A stretch of 64,000 bases of DNA. Source: Eledone cirrhosa. Lineage: Eukaryota. The number at the start of each line of letters is the position of its first letter. The stretch's first letter is position 1. The translations under genes were made by a program, and so were the position numbers. Below, piece by piece: positions 41,618 through 56,173 of this stretch. The stretch spans positions 355,260,001 to 355,324,000 of the forward strand of contig OZ024743.1 in the NCBI GenBank assembly GCA_964016885.1, in the 5' to 3' direction. The notes under the pieces were generated by a model. That model worked only from the letters and a program-made list of their open reading frames with translations. It did not search any database and had not been told where the DNA came from.

Positions 41618-42167
41618 TGGGAATACGGAAGATGATGTGGTTGAGAGGAAGAGCAAGGCCTGGGCGGCGTGCCACAGCTTGAGATCGGTGTGGAAGTCGG
41701 ACCTTCGGAGAGACCTGAAAATCCGCCTCTTCATTGCTGTAGTGGAGTCTGTGCTGCTGTATGGGTCTGAGACTTGGACACTGACCAAGAAACTCACTCA
41801 GATGGTGGATGGGTGCTACACGAGAATGCTGAGGATGGCTCTGAACATTAATCAGTATACACTGAGGATGAAAAACTCAGAGCTGTATGGGAGCATCCCA
41901 AGAGTCAGCTCAAAAGTGACACAGAGGAGATTGAGGTTGGCTGGACATGCTCACCGACATCCAGAGTTGATATTGCACTCAGTGCTCCTTTGGGAGCCCC
42001 TACATGGACACACTAGTAGAGGAAGACCAAGGTTAACGTATGTTGATGCCCTAAGGACAGACACTGATCTATTGGAGACGCAGGACATGGCAGCGATAAT
42101 GAGGGACAGAGACCGCTGGAAAGAACTCGTCCATGGATCTCGGGATTTTTACCCGCATTAGAATAGA

Positions 42168-42172
<5 letters not shown>
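41618..42172 (+). mobile_element. RTE-clade LINE, 5'-truncated, open C-terminal frame
   Basis: ESVLLYGSETWTLTK..YTRMLRMAL..RRLRLAGH..RGRPRLTYVD..DRDRW; short TAGAA-repeat tail; between AT tracts. Confidence 0.9.
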
Positions 42173-42198
<26 letters not shown>

Positions 42199-43439
42199 TC
42201 GTTAAACTTTAGATGATTGTATTCCGTATCAAATTTACTTTTTCCTAACAAAACTTTATTATAAATTTCATTTGCTATTTCTGATACTTTAATATTATAA
42301 GTTATATTAGGGCGATAAATTCGCTGAATCATTAGAGCATCATATACAAAACTTTTCAATATTTGATCCGGCTTTTTATATACTAAATTTAAAAACTTCC
42401 ATGGTCATTTTTGCCTTTGATCTTTCTGAGTTCAATAAAATATAGTACCAGTCGGTTCGATAAAATCGTTTTTCCCTTCTCTCAAAAATTGCTGGTTTGC
42501 TCACCAAAAATCACGCATGCGCGTCATTGTCGGATGGCGGAATCGTAATTTTATTACAGCTTTTTTATGTTCGAAGATAAAATGCTATTGAGATCAACTT
42601 TGTTATTCATTCTTCCGAGGTCGAAAAAATGATGTAGCTGTCAAGTACTGGGGTCGATATGATTGATTTAATAGTTTCCAACAACTTTATGGCATTGAAA
42701 CAATTATTAAAAAGCATCGAATGTCTCTTGAGAAAGTGGCAACATTGTTGCACCTCAAATTTTAGGACTGGTTCGTCGGTCCTGGAAATATATACAAACC
42801 ATGAATAAAGACAGCCAAAGTTAAAGTGATCTTAATATTTTTATTCATGTCTCGGAAACAACATATTGGCCATTTCTCAGTATTTTTTCCACGACATGGC
42901 AAAATGTCTAGTAACCACTTTATATGTATTCTAAATACTCGAAATCAACTATCCATCACAGATTCCTTTTGTAATATATTGTATCGGGTCCCAAAGTCAA
43001 AGTTGTTCTGATAATGTAGTAAGATATTTTTGAACGTAAGTTGTATGACTCATCGTGCTGAAAGAAAAATATACAAAAACAGACAAGCAAGGATGAAACG
43101 GTAATGTTAAGAGTTAAAATGAAGATCAACATATTTCATTTATCGTCTGCTCTCACTCTCATTTCTCACCCAAGTCTTGACCGTTCTGTGAATACAGTCA
43201 CTGACACAGGAAGAAGTAGAAATACTGATATTTATGTGGATGTGTTGTGATCATAATATATTATGTACTGATTGTTTCTTCGTATGTATTATGCACTGAT
43301 TGTGAACTGGACATCATGAATCAATAATATGGTTATACAGATAGAATGATAGATAGATAGTTAGATAAATAAAGAGAGAGAGAGAGTGAAAGAGAGAAAG
43401 GAAGTGAGACGGAAGAGAAACATATAAAGACGGCTTTCT

Positions 43440-44100
43440 TGTATTCAAGTTGTTACAAAGAAGTAATTAATAACGCAGGGCGATATATTCATTCAATAAT
43501 CTCTAAACGTGTAGATGGTACCGATTCAGCATATTGTACATCCAATAGCAGAGGGTTTAAATGTCGAAAACGTTTGTTAAATACTGCCACGACTTGTCTA
43601 CCTTACATTAGAGGCACGTTGGAAAACATTAAGATCTGTGATCCATACGACATAGGGAGATATGTGGTTGCTCTCCAGTAGTATTTCTTCCCCCAAAAAG
43701 CTTCCATCAGAAGAGATCATATCCAAGAACTGTGTATATTCCATTTGATTCAGTCGTTGCAAAGAATATCGGTTTCAGATCACATCCTCTACACGCCATC
43801 CATAAATACTTAAGACATAAAGAATATTGCAAAGCCGTAACAGTGGAGGATGTGGAACTGAGGCATAGCTGATTGATTGAGGTGGAGAAAAGGAAAGTGA
43901 ATAAGCCTTGAGGGAAAATAATACCCTGGGAAAAAATTCAAGAAGTGACAAATTGGAAGAAAATTCGTTTGAACTAATGAACGTATGTTCTCATCGGATA
44001 TTTATGAACAATCTATGAGAGTCTTTAATTAAGAGAGAACATTAGACTTAAGATGATATCATATACATATATACCTACAATCTTGATACCTTATATCAAA
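43440..44100 (+). mobile_element. Old PLE remnant (Poseidon-like thumb/endonuclease)
   Basis: LPYIRGTLENIKICDPYDI and downstream KNCVYSI; heavily degraded. Confidence 0.5.
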
Positions 44101-44768
44101 TCTATAATGATTCCTTAAACAAATACCTGGAAACATTCTCCAGCGACGACACACATACCACGGTTCTTTCACCCAAAAACAAACACGTGCTTCTCATCTC
44201 AAGAAAGCATCATCGCACCTCACACTCTTTAAGCACTAGAGCTCTTGCAATTACTTCCAAATAACTGAGGATCTCATGAAAAATTTCCAACATAGCTAAA
44301 ATCGTACCCCAACGTCTAGCGCCTCACTTTGAGACCAGAAAATACTTTTAAATGAATGGTCTTTTACAAATTTCATAGGAGATCCATAACGGATTATATT
44401 GTTCCAATATCTTGGACGGTAGTGCTATTGTTGCTAATGGTACTCTATACCACATTAATCACTCAGCTAATCGTTTAAGATCACTCACCGACACTCTGCA
44501 GCCTTTGGGACGCAAACGTACTTCTCCTTTCTCAGTGTCTTGTATCGTAACTAACACGGACCCTGCTCCTCAAAGCTTGTTAGTCTCATGTTATTTTCAC
44601 TCACGTACACATGACTCATTCGTCCTTCCTCACATCACCCGTCCTATGCCCAGTCCCCCATAGCTTCACTAAACACTACGCCAAGCTTTTCCTACTCGGA
44701 GCATCGGATTTTTGGTTCATCTTGGCTCATGTCTTCATGCCGATCAATTCGGCAAATCATATATATAC

Positions 44769-44854
<86 letters not shown>

Positions 44855-45428
44855 GTGTGTGCGTGTGTATGTGTGTGCGTGTGTGTGGGTGTGGGTGTGG
44901 GTGTGTGTGTGTGTGTGTCTGTGGATTGAGGAATATGAAGCTGTGTGGTTACTGATAACGATTGTTAGAAAGTAAGGCCACACAAATAAGGTATGGACAG
45001 TTTCCCTTCATCAGCTGTTTACTACGGATCACGGATGTTTCGGCGCATTATAAACAGAACATCTATCCGTAGCACGCCAATATCATTTTATCTATCAAAA
45101 AGCCATGAGGGAAAGAAGTGATAGTGAAGAGAGAGAAAGAAAGAAAAGAAAAGAGAGAGGAAAAGGAAGAAAAAAAGGGAAGGGTAAACCGTAAAAGTTA
45201 GAAAACACAGAGGTATATTTAAAGATTATCCTTTCTTTGATCCGACAGAATGAATATTTTTATAATTGTTGCATTAAATGGGTTTACATGTTGTCAAATA
45301 TTACCGGTTTCGGTTTGTATATCAATCTTTTTTTAAATATAGCCCTCTGCTTTTTCACCTTTAGTTTATAACTATAAGCTTTCATTTGTATGAAACTTTA
45401 CCCCATTTTTCAACTATATATATATATA

Positions 45429-45494
<66 letters not shown>

Positions 45495-45572
45495 CATATG
45501 TGGTTCACGACTGAGAGAAAAGAGTACTCAAAAGTAGAGTTTTAATATTCATTTTAATAAAACGAATGTGTG

Positions 45573-45661
<89 letters not shown>

Positions 45662-45744
45662 GTTATTCCGGGTTGAATCGGAGGTAACCACAGTAAGTAA
45701 GGTACTCAATACATAGCAGAGTATAACAGTTTTAATATAGATGA

Positions 45745-45793
45745 GATTCTACAGGACTAGAACTGTTTCATTCATTAGAAATCATCAGGAATC
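45745..45793 (-). ncRNA. Type I hammerhead ribozyme
   Basis: GATTC-CTGATGA-T-TTC-TAAT-GAA-T-GAAAC-AG-(8)-CT-GTA-GAATC; all three stems pair, GUA cleavage triplet. Confidence 0.85.
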
Positions 45794-46313
45794 TGGGTAT
45801 CAAAAAATAAATATGGTATTTATAGGTTTCTACAAGTGGTAGGAGAGGGTGGGGAGTGGGATGGGTGCAGGTCATTGGTTGATAGAAAAGGGAATTCATT
45901 AAAAGCTAATTCTACAAAGCTATAGTTAATTTTTATTTTTATTTATATTTATTTATGTTTTTAGAGTAACAAAGGCAGACAGAATTCTATAAACAGGTTC
46001 CGGATGGCATACCATTCCTTGTCAATAAGTTTCTCTTAAGCTAACAGATGTCTATAAAATCAGTGGGGGGTCAGTCATGCTCGATAGAATTAAAGAAAAG
46101 GGAGATTCTTTAAAAGCTAAGGTCATTAAGGTTCTACTAAGTGACAAAGGTCTAGAGAATTCTGCAGACAGATTCAAAATACTGAGTGCATATCTTACTA
46201 TTATCTTCGAACTTCTCTTAAACTAATCAAAAAAATTGACTTTACCTACTATAGTAGGTAAAGTCAATTTTTTAAAATTTATTTTGAAACTTTTTCATTA
46301 TTTGCTAAACCTT

Positions 46314-46384
<71 letters not shown>

Positions 46385-46419
46385 TTCCTATATCTCTATA
46401 CATAAACGCAAACAAGCAC

Positions 46420-46466
<47 letters not shown>

Positions 46467-46836
46467 ATCTCACCCTCACAGCTATATAGACAGGTACGTC
46501 GAAAGATACAGACAGGCATGCTTTTACATAAAGTGTTTAAATTTATAACACGGTTATAATACATACACTGAATATGCATGTACTAATATACATATGTGCG
46601 TTTGTGTCTATGTGTGTGTCTGTGTGTTTGTATGTATGTGTGTGAATGTTTGTGCTCGTGATTGTATGTGTGTGTTTGGTTGGCTGTGTGTGTGTGTGTG
46701 TGCGACTGTTTAGTTTCTTAACTTGAAGGATAATAAAATAACGAATCTTAACACTGAATATCAATATCAATTGTCACTAAGACGGCAACCTTCGCGTGGC
46801 TGCTCAACCTACTCTATATCCTTTAAATAATCCCTT

Positions 46837-46868
<32 letters not shown>

Positions 46869-46872
46869 CATA

Positions 46873-46952
<80 letters not shown>

Positions 46953-47041
46953 GTAATCAGAAATAACAAAAGTAACAAAACAAACGACACAGTGCGTGGA
47001 AGGAATATATTAGTTTAACGCTTAAATAGCAGGAAAAGTGT

Positions 47042-47075
47042 CTTAACCTTTCGGACGGTAGTCACTCATCAGAAG
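47042..47075 (-). ncRNA. Minimal hammerhead, probably degenerate
   Basis: CTT-CTGATGA-GT-GAC-TACC-GTC-C-GAAAG-GTT-AAG. Confidence 0.6.
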
Positions 47076-47343
47076 CAAGAAGGAGAAATTAATGAAGAAA
47101 TGAATAGATTGAGCGGAAAGGAGAAAATACTTTTTTTCTCTTTTTAGAAATAGAACAGCTCCATTCTTGTAGCCATTTCTTGGAAAACTGTTGCAGCTGG
47201 CGTTATGTGTATGACTGGTATCTTATTGGAAAAGTTGATAGTGAAGTGTGTCTATTTGAAAGGAAAAAAAAACGTTTTGTATATAAAATGCTATGTGTGC
47301 GCGTGCGTATACACGTGTGTTATTATATCTCAGGACAAAGCTA

Positions 47344-47387
<44 letters not shown>

Positions 47388-47390
47388 ATG

Positions 47391-47498
<108 letters not shown>

Positions 47499-47500
47499 TG

Positions 47501-47539
<39 letters not shown>

Positions 47540-47602
47540 ATATATGTATATTTATGTATATATACATGTATATATATGTATATATATATGTATATATATA
47601 TG

Positions 47603-47693
<91 letters not shown>

Positions 47694-47739
47694 GGAAGGG
47701 GGGATAGTGTGCATGTGAGTGTATATATATATATATATA

Positions 47740-48028
47740 CGGTCTGCAATCACCGGGCCGCGGACCATGGACTATCTGGTACAAGGCCGCACAGAAAGAA
47801 TAACACTTTTTATTTCATTTTATTGACTACAAAGGTCTACCGCATGTTGAGTTACATTTACAATATAAATATAATAATTAAACGAATAATAAAATTATAT
47901 AATATGCACTTTATTGTTTATTGTGTTTTGTTATGCGTTTAACCAACACCGAAGCCCCTACCTTTGGTCAGTGGAGAAATTGTCTTGTATGACCCCGTTC
48001 CGTGGCACAAAAAGGTTGGGGATCGCTG
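47740..48028 (-). mobile_element. hAT (Charlie-like) MITE, inverted copy
   Basis: Reverse complement of 48143-48435. Confidence 0.8.
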
Positions 48029-48142
48029 GCATAGATCGCTATATATATATATAGTCTACCTCTCTTGTCTGGGTGCTGCCACTTGTCTTCCTTTACTTAT
48101 CCTTCCTACGTACCATCACACTCCTCTCTCACTCATCTATAC

Positions 48143-48435
48143 CACCGATCCCCAACCTTTTTGTGCCACGGAACGGGGTCATACAAGACAATTTCTCGAC
48201 TGATCAAAGGTAGGGGCTTCGGTGTTGGTTAAACGCATAACAAAACACAATAAACAATAAAGTGCATATTATATAATTTTATTATTCGTTTAATTATTAT
48301 ATTTATATTGTAAATGTAACTCAACATGCGGTAGACCTTTGTAGTCAATAAAATGAAATAAAAAGTGTTTATTCTTTCTGTGCGGCCTTGTACCAGATAG
48401 TCCATGGTCCGCGGCCCGTTGATTGCAGACCGCTG
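48143..48435 (+). mobile_element. hAT (Charlie-like) MITE
   Basis: Termini CACCGATCCCCAACC / GATTGCAGACCGCTG; 8-bp TSD ATCTATAC / ATCTATTC. Confidence 0.82.
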
Positions 48436-48705
48436 ATCTATTCGTTTCATTAACCTTTCACTCACCTCACATTCTGTCTCTCCAGTGGCCATTGTTTTCT
48501 ATCCTTAGGAGTATTCCTGACTCCTATGTCGTTGTCATTGACGATATTTGGCTCTTTTCAAATACACTCGCATGCACACTATCCCCCCTCCCCCATATAT
48601 ATATATATATATGTGTGAGTGAATATGTATATATATATATATATATATTTCGTTTCTGAATTTGTTTAGCAAGATTCTTTATCTGAAAACGTGTGTTGAA
48701 ACCGA

Positions 48706-49129
48706 TATTGTTATGCTTTGGGAGGGTCATGTTGCCAATAAGAAACACACGTACCAGTTTCTTTCACTTCAATTTATTATAAATTAAATTTATAAATTTA
48801 GGAATTTATAAATTTCCGGTTGGTTGGTTGGTTCCACAACCAGACGATTGTTCATATATTGTCAAAGTTCTTTCGTCACACATTCTGTGTGATGGTGTAG
48901 GACAGAACAAAGGAGAGGCTCAAAAACAAAGAAAATAATCCCCAGTCACTGAAGAGGTCACAGAATGTGTGACGAAAGAACTTTGACAATATATGAACAA
49001 TTGTCTGGTTGTGGAACCAACCAACCGGAAATTTATAAATTCCTAAATTTATAAATTTAATTTATAATAAATTGAAGTGAAAGCAACTGGTGTGTGTGTT
49101 TCTTATTGGCCACATGACCCTCCCAAACC

Positions 49130-49136
<7 letters not shown>
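48706..49136. repeat. Inverted repeat (~180-bp arms) of a hammerhead-bearing 3' terminus
   Basis: Arms ~48706-48889 and ~48959-49136. Confidence 0.9.
48945..48987 (+). ncRNA. Minimal type I hammerhead ribozyme
   Basis: GTCA-CTGAAGA-G-GTCACA-GAATG-TGTGAC-GAAAG-AA-CTT-TGAC. Confidence 0.85.
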
Positions 49137-49194
<58 letters not shown>

Positions 49195-49335
49195 CGAAGG
49201 AAGTGTGGTAAAGAACTAGGTAGACCATAACGCACCAGAGTACTCAATACTTAGGGTAATAGGAAAATGTTGAAGACCCCGACGGCAGAGCTCAAGCCGT
49301 TTCGACGGGTATTTCTGGACTAAATTGAACATTTT

Positions 49336-49392
<57 letters not shown>

Positions 49393-49465
49393 GGATATAT
49401 ACTAAAGTGCGATTGTTATGTCTTCATTACATTTATTGACTGTTGATGCGCGTTTCGGCTGAACC

Positions 49466-49497
<32 letters not shown>

Positions 49498-50329
49498 GTA
49501 TATATGAGTTGATTCCAGAGTTCAATAGCGGTAATCACAGTTAGTAAGGTACTCAATACATTAGTAGAATGTAAATATCAAATTTAATATAGAAATGGCT
49601 TCTACAGGACTAGAACTGTTTCATTCGAAAGAAATCATCATGAAACCCAAATGTCATTGTAATACGATTATATATTTACTGGTGGTTGAGGAAGGTGATG
49701 ATTTTGAGGATGGGTAGAGGTCATTCGCCAAGGGATTTTAAAAAGCAGGAATTCTTTGATAAAAACAGTTTTAGAAATATACGCAATAATACAATGACAC
49801 ACATAAAAGACAAGGTTCACATTCACACACAAGTACACCCCCCCACACACACACACACGCACACACACAAATGCGCACACGTCTCAAGGTTCATTTATTC
49901 TAAGTAAACAAAAAGGTTTCATTGAGTAACTGAACTGCCAAGCTCTGGCCAAAGAATGTTTGGTATCAATGGATTACTGACATCTATCAAATCAATTAGT
50001 GGCGATGGTGGTGGAATTTGCAACAATGGCCACGACACCACGGCATATATATATATATGTATATATACAAAATTAAAAGAAACGAAAGGAGATGTGTGGT
50101 TACTGTAAACAAAGTTTAAGATGGTAGTATGGATGAAACAAGAGAAGAAAAAAAATCCTTCATCAGCTGTAAAACCGAGATCAAGATGTTTCGGCGCTTA
50201 TATATATGGGGGGGGGGATATACATATATATTTATATATACATACATACACATACACACATATATATATATGATATATATAAACATGTACACACATACAC
50301 ACATATATACCTACATACACACACATATA

Positions 50330-50619
50330 GACGCAGAAGACCGGACAAATCAAACCAAAAAACACTTGCCGCCTATGGAAGGAACCTCAAAATGAATTCC
50401 ATCCCCTTCACCCTCAAGTGGAAAATATCCCAGGGGGAGTGCTCATACATAACTGATGTGGCCTATGTATCGCGGAGAGTTATGTGATATTATTTGGCTA
50501 GGGTCCAACCCTGGATTAACTTACCGAACACTTCCCGAACTGCATCTTCCAAACCAGTTCTACCCAGAACGATAGCTCCAACACAATATTTCACTTGACA
50601 AAGCACCCCTCCCTGTCCC

Positions 50620-50620
<1 letters not shown>
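50330..50620 (+). mobile_element. Naiad-like PLE endonuclease remnant
   Basis: RRPDKSNQKTLAAYGRNLKMNSIPFTLKWKI is homologous to 36700-36950. Confidence 0.65.
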
Positions 50621-50701
<81 letters not shown>

Positions 50702-51155
50702 ATGTATTTATGTATAAATATGTGTATGTATGAAGTCCAACCCCAGCCGGCTATTGCCAGTCAATGTTGCCAACTCTGTGCAAGACATTTTAGGCTGGGT
50801 TAAAAAGCCACATTCCGTCGTAGCACCGTTAATTACTAATATATGTGTGTGTTCTTTTTTCTTTTTTTTTTATCGTGCAATGGCCATACTCGATAACGAG
50901 GAGGCAGCCATCATCATATATGTGTGTGTGTTGCGACCATTGTTGTAAATTCCACCACCCTCACCACTAATTTATTTGACAGGTGTCAATAACCCATTGA
51001 TACCAAACATTCTTTGGCCAGAGCCTGACAATTCAGTCACTCAATGAAACCTTTTTGTTTACTTAAAATAAATGAACCCTACTAAAAAAATGTGTGTGTG
51101 TGTTTGTATGTATGTGTATATTTGTACACATATATGTGAAATTGTCTTATATCTG

Positions 51156-51330
<175 letters not shown>

Positions 51331-51444
51331 GTGTGTGTGTGTTGGGTAATTCCGAAGGAAAAGCAAAGGAAGAAAGAGTGCTCTATGTATAGATCAGAAC
51401 TCTTTAATTAAAAACTGAACAACAAAAAATATAACTACTCCATT

Positions 51445-51502
51445 ACCAAAGGTTTCTGGATCCCAGACAATATTAATATGCGTCTGGATCGGTCATCAGA
51501 CA
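51445..51502 (-). ncRNA. Hammerhead-like motif, truncated just 5' of the core
   Basis: CTGATGA-CC-GATCCAGAC..GTCTGGGATC-CA-GAAAC; the stem I 5' strand is replaced by (AT)n. Confidence 0.55.
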
Positions 51503-52148
51503 TATATATATATATATATATATATAAATTAATAAAATAATGAATAAACAAAGAAACAGTTCCTTATATTAAAAAATTCATCGTTTTACGATCGTTTCTA
51601 GGATATATATGTTAGTGTTGGTATGCATATCCTATAGATCTATGTATATATATATATTTATATATATATATCCAGGGAGTGTATATATACAATGGGTGAT
51701 TCAGTATTTCAGTCGATTCTTGGATTACTGAGGAAGGTAGCAATATCAGCCCACTATAGTATAGCAGAGATTGTATATATTGAGAACAGTTGAGATTTTG
51801 GTTTTGCTTTATTACAATGATGAGCATTTCAGTTGTTCGAACAACAGAACTGCCGGCTCGGAAAATGAAAGAGCAAGTTTCTAAGCATTTCACAGACTCG
51901 TAAACCCTTAATACTGGCAGACTAGTACTTCGTATTATATGTACTAATTTTTTATAGCTAAGTGAAATAGAGTCGAGGAAGCAACATGTTTTACAGAAGT
52001 ACGCAATACGTTGGCAGGAATTGTTCTCACAACGTTACTCACTATGCTACGTGTATTTACCAGTATTTATAGTAAAGACAAATTTATTATATATATCTTG
52101 GTTTGGCTGGGAACCAGAGTTTCATCTTCATTATATCGTTCACCCGAG

Positions 52149-52343
52149 GGCGGTGGTTGGCAGTATCGGTAGAGGGTCTGGCGCCATGCTTTGCAGCAAA
52201 GAGTTACGGCCCTTGCCATTCTGAGTTCAAATCTCGCCGAGGTTAACTTTGCCTTTCATCCTTACGGGGGTCGATAAAATAAAGTACCAGTAATACACTG
52301 GGATAATTGCTGGCCTTGTGCCAAAAGCAGAAACAATTATTAT
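52149..52343 (+). mobile_element. tRNA-derived SINE, full-length
   Basis: A box 52158-52169, B box 52223-52233, conserved central domain, ATT-repeat tail. Confidence 0.88.
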
Positions 52344-52477
52344 AGTTCACCCGAACCATATCACGGACACAGGTACACTTTTTTATATGAGCTCACACAT
52401 GCGTGTGCATATATTACACACTCTACTCCATATAACAGACTCGTGTACAAACACACATTCACATACATACTGAAGCA

Positions 52478-52521
<44 letters not shown>

Positions 52522-52631
52522 AATAAACACATATCTAACTTCATATCACACCGACACATACCTGACATACAAATCAAACACACAGACACGCATACATAAG
52601 ATGTAGATAACGCACATACCAGGCATACAGA

Positions 52632-52665
<34 letters not shown>

Positions 52666-53269
52666 CTGATAAACGGATCACACACGTACATACCTAACAG
52701 GTACATACGCACACTCATATATTTGGCATACAGTTCACACACACACATGCCTGATTTACACACACGCACATACCTGACATACAGTCACACATACATGCGT
52801 ATATCTGGCATACAGATCACACACACACGCACACACCCAACTGGCATATCACACACACGCATACCAGACATACAGCCACACACACACTTACATACACGTA
52901 CATACAGATCACACGTACTGTTACATATACTTCACTACATACACTCGCACACACGCACATAAACATGTGTGTAAATACTTACAACCGACCTGCTAAAAAT
53001 AACAGCAAAATCTTCATTGAATAAATAGCCTGCCCTCTTGCCCTCCTCTACGTGCTCCAGCCAATAGACTGAGGCCATGCTGGAGCACCTACTAAAATAT
53101 GTGGGTGAGCGAATTGATAATTGTACCCTCGATCCACAATATCACAAAAGAAAGATTGAAATGTGTGTTTAGAACTGGAACATATGGATCATAGGTCTCC
53201 GAGATAAAAGCAGACCTAGGGTTAAATAACAAAAATTATTTCTCATTTGAAAAAGGTAAATAGTAATTT

Positions 53270-54767
53270 AAGGAAGGAGAAAGTCGATTATATCGACCTC
53301 AGTATTTTACTGGTATTTTATGTCATCAACCCTAAGAAGGATTTGAAACGACGACCTTGATGACTGTATCGAAATACTGCAATGCATCTCATTTGACGTT
53401 CTAGTAATTCTGCTAAATATTGAACACATCAACACTATCCACACTATTTGTTCACACATTACATACAGGCTTTTTACCCCTCGATGCCGGGTCCGACAGT
53501 TTTTTTAATGAGATCTTCCATCAGTCCACGGTCAATAAAATAAAACCCCAAGGTAATGGGGTTCGCGGTATTGTTTGTGTCGGACAATATGCCTTGCGCG
53601 ATTTATTCCAGTCCTTTGTGTCCTGAGTTCAAATCCCCTTGTGGCTTACTTGAGTGGTAGACTTAATTCGTTGTCTAGTTTAACACCACTTGACTCGTGG
53701 GTGTCTTAAGCGCAGTTCATTCTATTTCCTAAGCGGGTTGATTCTATTTGAAGCCTTCGGATCCCTTCCTTTCCCCTCCGCTGAAACACTGAAAAGGATT
53801 ATGAGCACTGTCCTTTCTTCCCTAGCTAAACAGTAGTAATAGTTTCTGATTTAGGCACAATGCCAGTGATTTAAAGGCAGGAAAAGTTGATTATGTCGAC
53901 GCCAGTACTTGATTGGTACTGGATTTTATCAACCTCGGAAGAATGAAAGTCAAATATGACCTCGGTGAGATTTGAACTTAGAACGTAAAGGGCCATAACT
54001 CTATGCTGCAATGCATGGTGTCCGACGCTCTACCGATACTTCCATAAAGGCAGTAACTAAATGCATTTATTCCGACGTTCTAACAAATCTTCCTATCCAC
54101 CGCTGTTGGCTAAACAGTAATGGTATTTCTACATTTAGCACAAGGTCAGCAATTTGAAGGGAAGGAGAAAGTCGATTAAATCGACTCCAGTGAGTTACTG
54201 GTACTTTATTTTATCGACCCGGTAAGGATGAAAAGTAAAGCTAACCCTGACGGGATTTGAACTCAGAAGGTAAAAGGCCAGATCTAATGCATTTTGTCCG
54301 ACACCCTTAAAACTTTGCCAATCCAACGCCCTTGGCTATACAGTAGTGATAGAATATGAAAAGGGAATATAAATCCTTGACAATAAAAAGTAGAAGAGAT
54401 GACAGGGGGCGTTTACTCCGACGCTCCGATAATTCCCTCTGGTCGGTCACCACTCAGAATGGGCACATTGGATTGGCAGTATCGGTAGAGCATCAGACAC
54501 CATGCTGTGCAGCATAGAGGTCTGACTGATTATGATCTGAGATCAAATTCCGCCGAGGTTAATTTTGCCTTTCATTCTTACGGGGTCGATAAAATAAAGT
54601 ACCAGTAATGTACTGGGGTAATTACTGGCCTTGTGCCAAAAGTAGAAAGTATTTATCAACATTAAAAGTATGTATAGAAGTTGATTGATATCGGCTGGAT
54701 TCAAAACAAATACCACAAGGCATGTTATACGGTGTTCTAATGAGTTTGCCAAACCACCGCACACACT

Positions 54768-54864
<97 letters not shown>

Positions 54865-55440
54865 ACACACATACATACGACTGCTGTTGCCACATGCACG
54901 GGAGCTAACAAGGGACCTTCAACACGGTTGTTCTTGCTAGAAATAATAGCCAAACCTTTAAATAACAAATTAGCATCTTTAAAATGAAAGCAAATGGGTA
55001 TTCAGTAATGTGGTCCTTAAATGAAAAGAAAAAAATACGGTGGTCAAGGCTGGAACTTCGCTGTTTGATAGGTGAGGGGTCAATGATAAAAACAATAATA
55101 ACAATAATTGTTTCTACTATTGGCACAATTATCCCAGTGTATTACTGGTACATTATTTTATCGACCCCGTAAGGAAGAAAGGTAAAGTTAACCTTGATGG
55201 GGTTTGAACTCTGTGCTGCAAAGCATGGCGTCCAACCCTCTACCGATACTGCCAATCCACCGCCAATAATAATAATAATAACTGTTTCTACTTTAGGCAC
55301 AAGGCCAGCAATTACCCAGTGCATTACTGTTACTTTATTTTATCGACCCCGTAAGGATGAAAGGCAAAGTCAACCTCGGCGGGATTTGAACTCAGATCGT
55401 AAAGGGACGTAACTATGCTGGAAAGCATGGTGTCCGACCC
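53270..55440. mobile_element. Cluster of same-family SINEs (54470-54650 +; 55108-55264 -; 55282-55440 -; older copies ~53270-53420, 53840-54040, 54120-54330 -)
   Basis: Shared GTACTTTATTTTATCGACCCC..GATGAAAGGCAAAG..GATTTGAACTC motif. Confidence 0.8.
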
Positions 55441-55631
55441 TAATAATAATAATAATAATAACAATAATAACTACATACACACACGTATACCTCACAATAT
55501 AATCCACACACAAAAACAAATAAAATGTCCATTTATAAATACACTATCGCAGGAAAATCATGAAGCTATAAATGCATGTGTGTGTATGCGTTTATGAACG
55601 TATGTACATATATATATGTGATAAAAACTGG

Positions 55632-55824
55632 CAGACCCTCCATCTCAACTCTACTTTTGAAAAGCAGAAGAACTGCGAAACCGGTAAAGGAACCAAATAA
55701 ATATATATATTTTTTTTAAAATAAGACTCCAGTTGCATTTTCGATTTCATCTTTTTTCTCTATACTTTCACTCGTGTAGGACACCTCGGTTATTTTTCAT
55801 TTTGTAAAAAAACCTCACTTTCTA
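55632..55824 (+). mobile_element. Solo PLE 3' terminus with U3:A8 hammerhead (55653-55690)
   Basis: Homologous to 20466-20660. Confidence 0.85.
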
Positions 55825-56015
55825 AAACCTGTTAGTTCTTTCGTTACTTTGGTATTGTGTGTTAGATTTTGCCTACCGCAATGTTCAATTTGTCAAGCTA
55901 TTTAAACGTATGGTATTACTCTGAGGACCTACCTTGTCGAGTGCTTTGCTAACTCATTCATATCGTAGGTCGAATTTGCTTGCACACCGCCAAAGATTCG
56001 ATTTTACTAAGCCTC

Positions 56016-56066
<51 letters not shown>

Positions 56067-56087
56067 ACATATGTATGTGTATATGTA

Positions 56088-56173
<86 letters not shown>

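Noticed and set aside
52149-52235. tRNA gene
   Set aside because: A and B boxes are present but there is no clear cloverleaf, and it continues into a multi-copy SINE body.
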